Assembly (NCBI RefSeq): GCF_009914755.1
Contig: NC_060948.1
From: the human T2T-CHM13v2.0 reference genome, Homo sapiens
Length of the DNA: 64,000 nt
Reading direction: 5' to 3' (one strand)
The first letter of the stretch is position 1, and every line of letters starts with the position of its first letter. Under the pieces are notes generated by a model. That model made no database searches. It worked only from the letters and a program-made list of their open reading frames with translations, and was not told the origin of the DNA. The position numbers and the translations under genes were made by a program. Positions 1-16,666 of the stretch are shown here, one piece after another.

Positions 1-252
1 GTTGGAGTGCAGTGGCGCGATCTTGGCTCACTGCAACCCCCGACTCCCGCATTCAAGCGATTCTCCTGAGCTAGCCTCCTGAGTAGCTGGGATTACAAGA
101 GCTCACCACCACACCAGGCTAACTTTTCTATTTATAGTAGAGATGGGGTTTCATCATATTGGTCAGGCTAGTCTGGAGCTCCTGACTTCGTAATCCTCCC
201 GACTTGACCTCCTAAAGTGTTGGGATTACAGGCATAAGCCACCGAGCCTGGC
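1..252 (-). mobile_element. Alu (AluS-type), cut by window edge
   Basis: Antisense Alu motifs ggagtgcagtggcgcgatcttggctcactgcaacc ... gggattacaggcataagccaccgagcctggc. Confidence 0.95.
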
Positions 253-274
253 TAATTGGGTGATTTTTTTTTTT

Positions 275-1490
275 TTTTAATTTGTTATCCTTGATTTTGA
301 AGTGTTTTTGTATATTTTGGATACAAGTCGTTATCTGAAATGTGTTTCCAAAATGTTTTCTCCCAGTCTGTGACCTGCTTTTTCATACTATTAACATTAT
401 ATGTTGTACAGCATAACTTTTCAATTTTATTTTATTTTATTTTGAAATGGAGTTTCACCCTTGTTGCTGAGCCTGGAGTGCAGTGACACAATCTTGGGTG
501 ATAGCAACCTCTGCCTCTTGGGTTCAAACGATTCTCCTGCTTCAGCCTCTGGAGTAGCTGGGATTATCTGCACCCACCACCATGCCTAGCAATGTTTTTC
601 TTGTTGTTGTTTTTCAGTAGTAGAGTCAGGCTTTCACCATGTTGGCCAGGCTGGTCTTGAACTTCTGACTTCAGGTGACCCATACAGTTTAGCCTCTCAA
701 ATTTCTAGGACTACACGTGTGAGCCACTGTGCCCAGCCAATTTTAAATTTTAATAAAGTTCAGTATGTCATCTTTCTTTTCACAGATTCTGGTTATTCTG
801 CTTACGCAGAATCTATGAAAAATGTGAAACATTAAACTTGTGATACAAATATTATTCAGTGATAGAAAGAAATGAGATCTCACTTATACCTAGGACATCA
901 TTGCCAAATCTAAGGTTATCTATATTTTCCTGGAATCTTGGTTATTTAATTTGCTAAGTTAAGTTTTATTTTATTAGTTTTATCAATAATTTCTTTTTTA
1001 GTGTACAAATATTACGTGCTTAAATGAATTCATCCTAAGTGTGTCACATTTTTTGCTACCTTTAAGCATTACACATTGTTGTAATTTTCCATTTCAAATA
1101 TTTATAGCATAAGTATAAAATAAATTTAATTTTGTTTATTTAACATGTTCCTTGGAGAGTTGCTTAACCCACTTTTTTGTTATTTTGTAGATAATATGGT
1201 ATATTCTTTATAAGTGATCATAATCTATGTCTATTTTTTAACCCTTTTCCTCTCCTATTTGGTAGTGCAAATAGCTCTAGTAAAATTTTGTCTACATGTG
1301 ATAGAAATAGATATGTTTATTTTGTTCTTGATTCATGAACAAAAGCATAGTCTTTTACCACTAAATTTGAGTGTTAGATTTAAGATCTTGTTTGATAACT
1401 AGATAAAGTTCTGCATGTTTTTTGTGTTAGAGTTTTAAAACTTACATCTTGAATTTTGTCAAGTGCTTCTTTTTTATTTATTGAGATAAT
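275..1490 (-). mobile_element. Old L1M ORF2 fragments, interrupted by an Alu
   Basis: Degenerate antisense L1 ORF2 motifs (tatattttggatacaagt, ttttctcccagtctgtg, gaattttgtcaagtgctt, attgagataat); boundaries approximate. Confidence 0.6.
425..738 (-). mobile_element. Alu (AluSx/Sq-like)
   Basis: T-rich tail followed by a full antisense dimer ending gagccactgtgcccagcc. Confidence 0.95.
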
Positions 1491-1504
1491 TATGGGTGAC
1501 TAAT

Positions 1505-1935
1505 TGGTCAATGTGCCATAACAAAAAATATATAGCTCCACGTGTATGGAGCTTAAGCCACGTGGTGTGGCTTAAACAACAAAAATTTATTTTCTCACAG
1601 TCCTGGAGGCTTAAAGTCTAAGACTTAGGAGGTTGTCAGGGTTGATTTCTTCTGAGACTTCTCTGCTTGTCTTGCATGTGACCACCTTCTTGCTGTGTCC
1701 TCTTCATGTGGACTTTTCTCTGAGCATCACTGGTGTCTCTCTTTGTGTCCAAATTTCCTATTCTTATGAGGACAGCCATCACACTGTATTATGGCCCACA
1801 CTACTGACCTCATTTTAATTTCATCTCCTCTTTAAAGGACGTATCTCCAAATATAGTCACATCTTCACGTACTGGGGAATCAGGAATTGAATATATAAAT
1901 TTTGAAAGTAAGGGAACAAAATTTAGTCCAAAAGA
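1505..1935 (-). mobile_element. MaLR LTR (MLT1A/B-like)
   Basis: ccataacaaa...ggcttaaacaacaaaaatttattttctcacagtcctggaggc...tatctccaaatatagtcacat is typical of MLT1. Confidence 0.8.
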
Positions 1936-2114
1936 TAATGTTTTCCTTATTTCTGATATGGTCAATAAAATTGATTGACTTCAAATGTTTGCACCATTTT
2001 GTCCTCTGGGTTAAATCACTTGGACATTAGGAATTCACATTTAAATATATTGTTGTATTCAATTGACTCACACTCTTTTGTATATTTCTTCAAATACTTC
2101 TGATGGATACAGCT

Positions 2115-3020
2115 CTGTATTATATATTAAATAATAAATTAATTATATGTTATTACTATAATACAGTAATATATTAAATACTGATTGATTAATATCAAGT
2201 TAGTAAATTATATTATTTGAGTATATTAACATATCATTTGATACTTAAATAATATATATCAACCACATAATATATTTATGTATTATTATATAACACAAAG
2301 CTTGTTTTCAGTTCTTAGAACTGGATATTCATGTTCTCATAGGTTTCTATGAGGGGTCATTTGCTTGATAAAATTCTCCTTTTAGCTGTTTCTAAACATC
2401 TGTTTGGAACTTTTCTTATTGTCAACATGTTCTATTCTCTGAAAGAAATCAGCACATTATAAAGTATATTATTTCATTTTTATATATATTAATGTATCAT
2501 TTATTAAAAATAACAGATTATATTATAAATAATATAAATTAGTAATACACTAAATATATTTAAAAATATATTAACATTATTTTATCATAACATTACAGTA
2601 AAATGTATATTACTATATAAAAATAAATTTTACATATACTATTATGTATACATAATTATATTATTTAAATATATGAATATATTCTATATTATACTAATTA
2701 ATCTAAAATAATATAACAATTATATCATTGGATATTAACATATAAGTAATATAATATATTTTAAGATATCAATTAAATATATTTGATGGGCATGGGTTTG
2801 TATAATTTACGAAGCTCTTTATATTATAGAAAGCTATGTTAATCAAATATAGTATATATAAATGATATATTAAATAAGTATATAGCTCTTTATACATATT
2901 ATACATAATTATACAGATCTATATACTTATATATAACATGTGTTTTATATATATACACACCCACAGCAATATACTTACTTATAAATAACATATATAAAAA
3001 TCCATCTCATATATATAATA
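2115..3020. repeat. ~900-bp AT-rich low-complexity (TA-derived) tract
   Basis: Almost entirely A/T with tata/taat reiterations; a ~160-bp mixed-sequence island lies at ~2297-2456. Confidence 0.85.
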
Positions 3021-3624
3021 AGAACTTATAGGTAAGTACACAGGCAAATATACCTCTTATTTGCTTATGTCATTATCATTACCAGTAGCCTGTCTGTCTT
3101 TGTAAGCATTGAAGTTACCATCTGATGCTATTATTGCAGCCAAATGAACTTATTTTAGCATGTCTTATAGGGCAGGTATGCTAGCAACCAATTCTCTAAG
3201 TCCTTATCTGTGTATGTCTTTATTTTACCTTTTGTTTGATGAATACTTATGCTATATCTAGAGCAGAGTTTTTGTTTGAGAGGGTTTTTTTTGTTTTGTT
3301 TTGCTACTTTGAATAGATTATCTCATTGCTACCAGACCCCATTATTTCCAATGAAAAGGAAGTTCTTAATCATGTTGTGGTTCCTTCTTCCTTGATTAGC
3401 CATGTTTCTTTTTCCACTTTCAAGATTGTTTCTTCTTCTTTGGCTTTTTAGAGTGTGTGTACCATGGTGAATGTCTCAGTTTTTCTACTTGGAATTTTTC
3501 AGAAGTGTAGATTTGTTTTCATCATATTTGGATTGTTTTTAGCAAATACATTGGGAAATACATTTTCTTATACCTTTTCTTTCACCTCTCCTATAACTAC
3601 CACTAGGTGTATGTTGATACCTCT

Positions 3625-3980
3625 CAGCTTGTTTGAGCTTCTGTAACAAGATACCATTAACTGGGGTGCTAATAAAAACAGAAAGGTAATTTCAACAGCT
3701 CTGAAAGCTGGAAGTTCAAGATCAACGTATTGGAAGATTAACGTCTCGTAAGGAACTGCTTCCTAGTTAACAGATGACTGTATTAATTTTAATATATCCC
3801 TCACATGGTGGAAGGGGTGTGGATGCTCTCTGAAGTCTCTTTTATAAAGACGCTAATCCCATTCATGAGGGATCTATCCTCATAACCGCCCAAAATCCCC
3901 ACCTACTAATATCATCACCTTGTGGATGAGAGTTACAAAATATGAATTTTTCAGACAACGCAAATACTTGGACCATGGCA
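3625..3980 (-). mobile_element. MaLR LTR (MLT1A0-like) inside old L1ME-like sequence
   Basis: ctgtaacaagatacc...gctggaagttcaagatc...ctaatcccattcatgaggg...gaccatggca. Confidence 0.8.
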
Positions 3981-4207
3981 GTGTTCTTGATGGTGTTTCA
4001 AATGTTTCTAAGGCTCTGTTTATTTTCCTTAACTTTCTATTTTTACTGTTCTTCTATGTGAATAAAAGTTGTCTTCAAATTCTTGCTTTTTTTTTAGCTC
4101 AAGACTTCTGCTGAGCCACTCTAGTAAATGTTTCATACTATTTTATCTTTAAATAGAAATAACGTACTTTTTAGCCCTAGAGTTGTGATTTAAACAAAAA
4201 TAGACAT

Positions 4208-4491
4208 TATTTTTGACACATGGTCTTGCTCTGTGCCCAGGCTGTAGTGCAGTAGCCTGATCATGGCTCACTGCAACCTCTGTCACCTAGGCTCAAGTGA
4301 TCTTCCCCCCTCAACCTCCTAAGTAGCTGGGACTATAGGCATGTGCCACCCAACTGATTTTCTGTATTTTTTGTAGAGACAGTGTTTCACCATGTTGTCC
4401 AGACTGGTCTTGAACTCCTGAGCTCAAGCAATCTGTCTGTCTTGACGTCCCAAAGTGTTGAAAGTACAAGTGTGAGCCACTGCACCCAGCC
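4208..4491 (-). mobile_element. AluJ
   Basis: ggtcttgctctg, gatcatggctcactgca, ggctcaagtgatc and gagctcaagcaatc are AluJ-type motifs. Confidence 0.9.
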
Positions 4492-5344
4492 AAAAGTAAT
4501 CTCTGTGTCTTTATTCATCATCTTTTTTGGGCATGTGTCATTGTTATACTTTGTTGTCACAAAACATGGTTTTCTTTATTTACTTGAACTTACTTCTAAT
4601 AGCTGATTTAAAATGTTTTTCTGCTAAGGCCAATATCTTGGTTTTCTCTTTTTTTTTCTTTTTTATGGACATTTTCTTTTTATACCTAGTAATTTTTTCC
4701 TTCTTGTTGTTATTGAAAAATTGGACAATATATAATCTAAATATCTAGACTATATCACATGAAAATCTGTATTTTGATCTTACCTTAAATTGTCATTGCT
4801 TCCATTTCTTGTTTCATGGATTTTTTTGCTTGTGTTTTTGTTGTTTTATTTGCATGTTTTTGTTGTTTATTTGGTTACTTTCCTGGACTAAATGTATACA
4901 TTCTCTACCCACTTTAGTGTGTAGTCATTGAAGTCTCTGCTCCTTGTTTTTTCTTTAATTTTGTTTAAGTCTGCCTTCAAAGGGGCTGACCCTGAGTCAG
5001 TGTAGTTTAGTAGTCAACTAATGATTCATCAGTTTTTCTTAAGACAACTAGAGGTAAGAAGGCAGGAACATCCTCACTGAGGAAACCCATGTGTAGGATG
5101 CAACATGCATTCAAAGTTCAGGTAGTTTACAGTTAGCCATGGCCCAATAAGAGCTGATGCCCTGCTGTCTTTTTCCTGGGCATTACTGCGGCCTTGCGTT
5201 TGTACATAGCCTTCCAATTTCCCAGAAACATATCAACAGTTTCTAAAGTTGCCTATAACTGTGTTTTCCAATGTCTTTTTTTTTTTTTTACATTTTTTTA
5301 CTCATTTTTTGCCCGCTCAGACAATGTGGTCTTTTAGATATCTG

Positions 5345-5563
5345 TGATTTTCTGGGAAGGTTGTAACCCCATAGTAGTCACATAATAAGGAACTGGGGGA
5401 GGGACTTTCATGCTAGGAGATAAATTACTGGCGGTAACTGGCCCAGGTGTGCCTGCCTATCAGATACCGGATATTGCAAAACCACTATTAAATCTTGCTT
5501 CCACTGTTCTTTGTGTCGCTGAGTCCATTCTTTGAGTTTGGATGTGTGAATGTGCTTCTCATA
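5345..5563 (+). mobile_element. Old ERV LTR 3' fragment (family uncertain)
   Basis: attaaa poly(A)-like signal followed by the U5-like gagtccattctttgagtttggatgtgtgaatgtgcttctcata. Confidence 0.5.
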
Positions 5564-6611
5564 ATCCATATGTGCTGAGACTTTTGCCTAGCATCTTAAT
5601 TTGATCTTCTTCCTATGACTTGGTCTTATGGTAGATTTGATCTGCTTCCCCTACTTTGATGGCTAATACTATAAGGAAATTAGAATAATATTTTTCCAAG
5701 AAAGAACTACAAGCCAACCAGAAATGTGGTAGTGAGCCTATATTAGTAGGGACTTCCTCTAAATTTCAACATTGGTCATGTTATACTGTCTTCTCTTAAA
5801 TCCTAACTCCCAACTCCCAGAAGCACATTCAAGCTTCTCAATGACTTAATGTTTGAAATGTTTTCTGATATTAAGAAAACCAAGCCTTTTTTTTTTTTTG
5901 GAAATATATATGGTGATCCAGTGACCATCCTTAAGTGACATTAGGTGGGAAATTTGCACTGCATCATAAAAGTCTCAACCACAACCTTGTAGCTCATGTT
6001 TTCTCTTCTCACAAGTATACATTGAGAAAGTGTGCTATTAGTCTTAAAATATAATTATATCCTGTTTTATGGTAGAACCAATTCTCTGTGTAGGTGCATT
6101 CAAGGGAATATCCCTGTGAAATATCAATAAGATAACCTTTCTTCAGAGACACATACATATGTTTATTAAATCAATTTATGTAATCATTTATAAATCCAGC
6201 AACATAAAATTGGGTATTGAAGGGGACAAGTAGGCAACCCATCTAGCGAAGTTCACGACTTCCTAGGAAAGAAGAAATTACATTTTGACAAAAACCCTAT
6301 TTTATTTGCATATTGATGATTCCAATGCCATGGAGATGATGATGTTGCAAGTATCCCTGATATCATTGTATTCTGTAAGAATGTAAAAAACAATATTGAG
6401 ACACTCATATAAATTATATAATTTGGTGAGAGCATGCAAGAAAAGATAAAAGCGATTGATGAGAAAAATACTTCTGGAATGTTAATTTAGAACTCATTTC
6501 ACAAAACTTCCAATTGCCTATGTGCATATATTGTTTCCACATGGAAATTTGTCATGGGAACTATTAATTGTGAGTGACCCAGTGACCCTATATCAAGACT
6601 TATGCTATATA

Positions 6612-6742
6612 GATGCAGTGGCTTATTCCTGTAATCTCAGCGCTTTAGGAGGCGTAGGCAGGAGAACAACTTGAGTACAGGGGTTTGAGACTGGCCTGGG
6701 GAACATAGTGAGACCCCATCTTTATTTATTTAAAAAATAATA
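6612..6742 (+). mobile_element. FLAM / Alu left monomer
   Basis: gcagtggcttattcctgtaatctcagcgctttaggagg...aacatagtgagaccccatct plus A-rich tail; single arm only. Confidence 0.85.
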
Positions 6743-7332
6743 GAAATATGTATGTTGACAGTTTCTAAGGTACATATTGATGTCTACAAGACATAGAAAA
6801 TTATGTGTAAATCTGTATTGTGCATGGTTTCTGTAAACCTTATCTAGAATCCTAAAAATATTGTAGCCTGCAAAATAATGTAGTCACACTGGAGTTTTCT
6901 AGAGTTAATCATATTTTACAGTTCAATGCTTTACAAAATTTCTTCCCTTTGTCCCTATATTACAGAGTCTCCTCGTTTAGCCTAGATTAGTGTAATTATT
7001 CAATGCTTAAAACCCATATCTTACCTAAGTTATAGCTTTAGTCATGGAATGCTTCAAGAGGGACTATTTTGCTAATCAGTACTTCAAGCAGTATTCCCAA
7101 GAAAAAAAATTCTAGCATACTAAAAATGTTATGTAGTAAAATTATCATATATCTAGACATGATAATGAATTGCTAGAATTGCTAGAATCCCTGCTCTATT
7201 CCTTTGATACAAACAATTTCATCCTTTCTTTTTTTTCTCTGCCCTGCAAACACTGTCTCTCCTCAAATCTTTTTTCCTAAAGATTCTGAAGTTCTCACTC
7301 TGTAACCTAACTCTTAAAAGTATATGACTTCA

Positions 7333-7589
7333 TTGGGAGGATGAGGTGGGTAGATCACAAGGTCAGGAGATTGAGACCATCCTGGCTAACATGGGGAAAT
7401 CCTGTCTCTACTAAAAATACAAAAAAATTAGCAGGGTGTGATGGCACGCGCCTGTAGTCCCAACTACTCAGGAGGCTGTGGCAGGAGAATGACGTGAACC
7501 GTGAGGCAGAGTTTGCAGTGAGCCGAGATCGCACCACTGCACTCCAGCCTGAGTGACAGAGCGAGACTCCATCTCAAAAGAAAAAAAAA
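7333..7589 (+). mobile_element. 5'-truncated AluY/Sc with 17-bp TSD
   Basis: gagattgagaccatcctggctaac and gagaatgacgtgaacc; TSD aaaagtatatgacttca (7316-7332) / aaaagtgtatgaattca (7586-7602). Confidence 0.93.
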
Positions 7590-7993
7590 GTGTATGAATT
7601 CAGCTTACAATTATTTAGGAAAAGGATTCACATAGATATTGACAGTGATAGAACTAGAGACAGAGATGGACATAAACACAAAGATGTTGACACAAACCTA
7701 CATGTAAAGGTGTAGACACGAACTTTAACCTGGAAATACACATAAATATTCACATACTGTGTACATATCTGGAGTTTATAAATCCATTACTCATATCTCA
7801 ACTTGTAGTTGATATTTAAATTTAAAATTATCTATTTCGAACACTTGTTTTACATCCACACAATGCATCACTCTTCTACTTTGCTTTGGTGGTGTCACCA
7901 TCTTTAGAGAATGACATGTTCAAGCTTCAACATTTATATGAGAACTAAACTCTTGATCTGTAGTTTAAGTATGTCTTAAAACATTAATTTTAG

Positions 7994-8278
7994 GGGCCAA
8001 GCCCAGTAGTTCATGCCTGTAATCCCAACACTTTGGGAGGCTGAGGAGAGCGGATTACAAGGTCAGGAGTTCAAGACCAGCCTGGACAATATGGTGAAAC
8101 CCCATCTCTACTAAAAATACAAAAATTAGCTGGTCATGGTAGTGTGCACCTGTAGTCCCAGCTATTCAGGAGGCTGAGGCAGAAGAATCACTTGAACCCA
8201 GGAGGCAGTCTGAATGAGCCGAGATCATCATGCCACTGCACTCCAGCCTGGGCAACAGAGTGACACTCTGTCTCAAAT
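7994..8278 (+). mobile_element. AluS (Sg-like)
   Basis: Full dimer with ggattacaaggtcaggagttcaagaccagcc. Confidence 0.93.
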
Positions 8279-8400
8279 ATATATATACACACACACATAC
8301 ATACACACATGTATATATTTTTATATGTGTATATATATTTATATATGTATATATACACACATATAATTATATATGTAATTTATATATATATATAAATTTT
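8277..8400. repeat. (TA)n/(CA)n compound microsatellite replacing the Alu A-tail
   Basis: atatatatacacacacatacatacacacatgtatata... Confidence 0.9.
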
Positions 8401-8641
8401 AATCACCACTATATCTGCTTATCCCACTGCTAAGTCTTCAACATTATTTTCATGAATATACTCTTCTCTTTATGGGTTCCTGAGGATCAATTATGACACA
8501 GAAAATGAATATCATGATTCCCTTATTAGGAAAATTACATCCATGCTGATTTTCTCATATGATAAAGTTATAAAGAAAACTAAAATTATCAAGAAAAAAG
8601 TCTCAGTGTTTGTTTCCAGTTTAGTGTTCTACAATCAACTG

Positions 8642-8930
8642 GTTTTTGGTTGGTTGTTTGTTTATTTGCTTGATGGATTCTCACTACTCTGCTACCAAAG
8701 CTGGAGTGCAGTGGTGCAATCTCAACTCACTGCAACCTCTGCATCCCAGTTTCAATACTCATGCCTCATCCTCCCAAGTAGCTGGGACTACAGGTGTGTA
8801 CCCACACACCCAGCCAAGTTTTGTATTTTTAGTAGAGAATGGGTTTCACCATGTTGGCTAGGCATATATCAAATTCCTGACCTCAAGTGATCTGCCCTCC
8901 TCAGCCTCCAAAAGTGCTGGGATTACCATG
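8642..8930 (-). mobile_element. AluS
   Basis: ctggagtgcagtggtgcaatctc...ttttgtatttttagtagaga...cctgacctcaagtgatctgcc. Confidence 0.9.
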
Positions 8931-9399
8931 TCCAACCTCTGATCATCTTCATGCATGTGTATCACCATACTGAGAATTCAATATTTCCTAAATTCATAAT
9001 GAACTTTAACATAGCTGTACTTCTCTACATAGAGAACTTCCCATTTCTTTCTGATTCTTGGCTGGAAAATGTCAATCAGTTTTGAGGGGTAGAAATGCCA
9101 TTTCCTGTGTGTAAAATATTTCTCACTCCCATACACAACACTTTTGTTCAGTGATCAATTCTTTAAATGGCATTTATCATTGAGCCCTCTTTTTACTTAG
9201 TTGTCTATGCTCTTGTTTGTACTTTTAGCCTTTAAAATAAGACATATACTTTTATAATTTGTCATTTTTAAGTCCTACTACACTGTGCCCAGCACAGTGC
9301 TCCCAGTACACTAAATGTTCTGTAAATATTTGCTTATTGCAAATATTCATATATTGATGAAAATTTGCCATCAAAATGTCAGTTGGAAGTCAAAATTTC

Positions 9400-10100
9400 T
9401 ATTACTAAAAGTCAAAAAATAACAGATACGGGTGAGGTTTCAGAAAAAAAAGGAAAGCTTATACACTATTGATGGAAGGGTAGATTATTTCAACCATTGT
9501 ACGAAGCAGTGTGGTGATTGCTGAAAGAGCTACCAACAAAATTAACATTTGACTCAGCAATCCCATTACTGAGTATACATCCAAAAGAATATAAATTGTT
9601 CTATCATTAAGACACATGCACACATATATTAATCACAGCACTGTTGACAATAGCAAAGACATGAAATCAACCTAAATGCCCATTAGTGGCAGGGTGGGTA
9701 AAAAAATATATGGTATAGGTACGTCATGAAATATTTTATGTGGCCATAAAAACAAATGGGATCGTGTCCTTTGCAGGGATATGGATGGGGCTAGAGGTCA
9801 TTATGTTATCCTAAGTGAACTAATGCAGAAAGAGAAAACCAAATACAGCATCTTCTCACTTATAAGTGGGAGTTAAATGATGAGAACATACGGACACAAA
9901 GAGAGGAACAATGACTCTGGGACCTACTTGAGGATGGAGGGTGGAAAGGGAGAGAGGAATAGAAAAAAATATCTATTGATTATTAGGCCTAGTACCTGGG
10001 TGATAAAATAATCTGTAAGACAAACCCCAGTGATACAAGTTTACCTATGTAATGAATCTTCATATGTACCCGTGAACCTAAAATAAAAGTTTTTAAAAAA
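9400..10100 (+). mobile_element. L1 3' end (L1PA15/16-like), 5'-truncated
   Basis: ORF2 C-terminus and 3'UTR: cagcaatcccattactg, ttctcacttataagtgggag, tagtacctgggtgataaaataatctgta, aacctaaaataaaagtt. Confidence 0.9.
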
Positions 10101-11104
10101 ACAAACAACAAAATGTCAGGTAGAAAATCTTTTGTATATAGCCCTTCACATTGAAGTGAACCTTAAGAGTAACTTTATAAAACCTGTTTCCAATGTACAT
10201 AAAAATCTCTGAAGAATAAAACATAGACCCTGAGGACATGACTGCCATTGGGATGAATTTCTGGGTTCTGAGAAAGGATTCTCTTCTAATTGCCTTTGCC
10301 TCTCTATTATTAACAATAAAACTCCAACAAAGCTTCTCAACCCCTGTGCCTTCTAAGAAAACACTACATGGTGTTATGCAGGGCTTCCCTGCTCCTGTTA
10401 AGACTATACCACAAACTAAGAGCACCGTTCTGTGAATAAACTTCAGAGTCACTGATTCTTGAATATAATCCAAACAAATTTGAGACCAGAAAGCAGGAAG
10501 ATCATGAAAGAACAATAATCAACAGTTCTGTTACTTTAAATGGAGGCAAATTTTGCTTACTTCATGTAAAAAGTGAAGATGAGTGTTTCACCTCCATTAT
10601 AGCATTCAATCCAATGGATATAACTTGTTATTGGTCCATTTTCCTGTATCTTCTCTACATCATCAACTGCCATGAAAATGGTGTACCTGTCCCCTGCAAC
10701 CTACAGAGGAAAAAGCCCATGAGAAAGGCTAGTCAGTGTCTTTTCTATTTTCATAATAATTGTCTCTACTTTATCTCAGGAATACAGAAATACATCTACT
10801 CCTCTTGAGCAAAGCAGGGCTCTACTCACTGCCAAGTAGAATCATATTACTTGAAATAGTGCTTCATATTCACATATATGTCACAGAATTGAAAATTTAT
10901 TGAAATAGCTAAAATGATATAATCCAATTCTATGGAAACTCAAAAAGCGTCATTTTGCCACATTCAATTGTTTTTCCTTTTTTTAACAGAGAAGAAATAA
11001 GATGAAAAAATTTTAAGAGTTGGAAGACAGATTGTCTTATGAATATGTACAGAAGTGGAGTGCTGTGCATATACGATTTTATACAACTGTGTGAGCTAGA
11101 CTGA

Positions 11105-11107
<3 letters not shown>

Positions 11108-11143
<36 letters not shown>

Positions 11144-11146
11144 ACA
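11108..11146. repeat. (CA)n microsatellite
   Basis: ~15 uninterrupted CA units followed by ta/ca. Confidence 0.95.
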
Positions 11147-11730
11147 TAAGATGTCTGAGGTCAAGTTAGTCATGTTACCAGTGAGTGGTCTTGCTCAGAT
11201 GCAGGGTTTTGGTAAGCACAAATCAGATGAAGCACAACACAGCAGCAAAATCTTCATCTCATTCATGTTTATCTTTCCTCCCCTGGAGAAGCTGAGACTG
11301 GATCAGACATTGGAAATAATCTGAATTTGTTCAACTTTTATAGTGTTGATCTGTTGGTATGAAGTGTAACAGATCATTTGTTCATCATACATTTGGTAAA
11401 GTATAAGTCCTATAATATTCTCATTTGCAGTGATGGGTTTTTCATGACATTCTGTTGTTTTACTAGTGAAATGAGTTTTAAGAGAAGCTGGAGTTTGTAT
11501 TGATAATTGACCTTCATGGTAAGTAAATAGACCCAATACATTTGAGGTATTTCAAGGACAGTAATATTTATTTGCTCAGATATCCTAAGTTCTGATACAG
11601 TGTATACAGCACAAGACATGTTTCTCCAACTCCTGTACTATTTCTTTAGCTTTGAATAGGTATGTTTAAACTTGTTTTCTAAAACTGAAGATGTTCTTGT
11701 GGTATAACAACATTAAAATGTGGCATCTAT

Positions 11731-12935
11731 GTAGAAAGCTGAAACTGGAACCCTTCCTTACACTTTATAAAAAATTAACTCAAGATCAATTAAAGACTTA
11801 AACATAAGATCTAAAACCATAAAAACCCTCGAAGAAAGCCTAGGCAATACCGTTCAAGACAGAGGCATGAGCAAAGGCTTCATGACTAAAACACCAAAAG
11901 CAATGGCAACAAAAGCAAAGATTGACAAATAAGATCTAAGTAAACTAAAGATCTTCTACACAGCAAAAGAAAATACAGTCAGAGTGAACAGGCAACCTAC
12001 AGAATGGGTGAAAAGTTTTTCAATATATCCATCTGACAAAGGGCTAATATCTGGAATCTACAAGGAACCTAAACAAATTTACAAGAAAAAAACAAACAAC
12101 CTCATCAAAAAGTGGGTGAAGGATATGAGCAGACACTTCTCAAAAGAAAACATTTATGTGGCCAACAAACATATGAAAGAAAGCTCATCATCACTGGTCA
12201 TTAGAGAAATGAAAATAAAAACCACAATGAAATACCATCTCACACCAGGTAGAATGGGGTTCATTAAAAAGGTAAGAAACAGATGCTGGAGAAGATGTAG
12301 AGAAATAGGAGTGCTTTTACACTGTTGTTGGGAATGTAGATTAGTTCAATCATTGTGGAAGACAGTGTAGCAATTCCTCAACAATCTAGAACCAGAAATA
12401 CCATTTGACCCAGCAATCCCATTACGGTATATATCCCATGGCTTATAAACCATTCTACTATAAAGACACATGCACACATAGGTTTATTGCAGTACTATTC
12501 ACAATAGCAAAGACTTGAAACCAACCCAAATACCCATCAATGATAGACTGGATAAAGAAAATATGGCACATATACAACAGGGAATACTATGCAGCCATAA
12601 AAAAGGATGAGTTCATGTCCTTTGTGGGGACATGGATGAGGCTGGAGACCATCATTCTGGGCAAACTGACAAAGGAACAGGAAACCAAAGGTTACGTGTT
12701 CTTACTAATAAATAGGAGTTAAACAATGTGAACACATGGACACAGGAAGGGGGACATCACACACCAGGGCCTGTCAGTAGTTGGGGGCCTATGAGAGGGA
12801 TAGCATTACGAGAAATACCTAATGTAGATGATGGGTTGATGGGTGCAGCAAACCACTATGGCATATGTATACCTATGTAACAAACCTACACATTTTGCAC
12901 ATATCCCATAACTTAAAGTATAATAATAATAAAAA
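11731..12935 (+). mobile_element. 5'-truncated L1PA (PA7/8-like) with 16-bp TSD
   Basis: ORF2 C-terminal peptides (ORF 11984-12370 NRQPTEW..RHFSKE) and 3'UTR; TSD aaaatgtggcatctat (11715-11730) / aaaaagtggcatctat (12932-12947). Confidence 0.95.
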
Positions 12936-13424
12936 AGTGGCATCTATACCATGAATCACTTGCCAAGAAGTCCCTCAGAGCACTCTATAATTAAATTTAA
13001 CAAAACATTTTAACAAGAGCAAATTTTTACCTCCTAGTCTACTGAAGAATCCCTTCCAAGTCTACCTCTACAATATAATTTAATATGACCATATGTATAC
13101 AATCACATGTATACAATTTGATTGTAATCTCAATCCAATTTATGAGAATTCAGCCTTGCTTCTAGTGTCTGATATTTACTCATGTTATCAAACTGTTCCT
13201 CTTGGAGCCAGTCTAGATTAGAGAAACCATGAAAAATCAAGCTTAAAATAATACCCAATTGGATGATTTGTTATCAGGTATACACCAGTCCTAACTGAGG
13301 ATATGATGTTGATTATAAGAAATCAGATAAAAGTGTAATGATTCAGAGTATAAAATAAGGATGGAAACTGAACTGAACCTCTATAAATGAACGGACCTCT
13401 AAAACTGAACTGAAAGATGAATTT

Positions 13425-16290
<2,866 letters not shown>

Positions 16291-16295
16291 TTTTC

Positions 16296-16666
<371 letters not shown>

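Noticed and set aside
10093-10515. 140-aa ORF on the minus strand in unique-looking sequence
   Set aside because: Non-ATG start, stop falls in an L1 tail, no recognisable domain or splice context; length is compatible with chance
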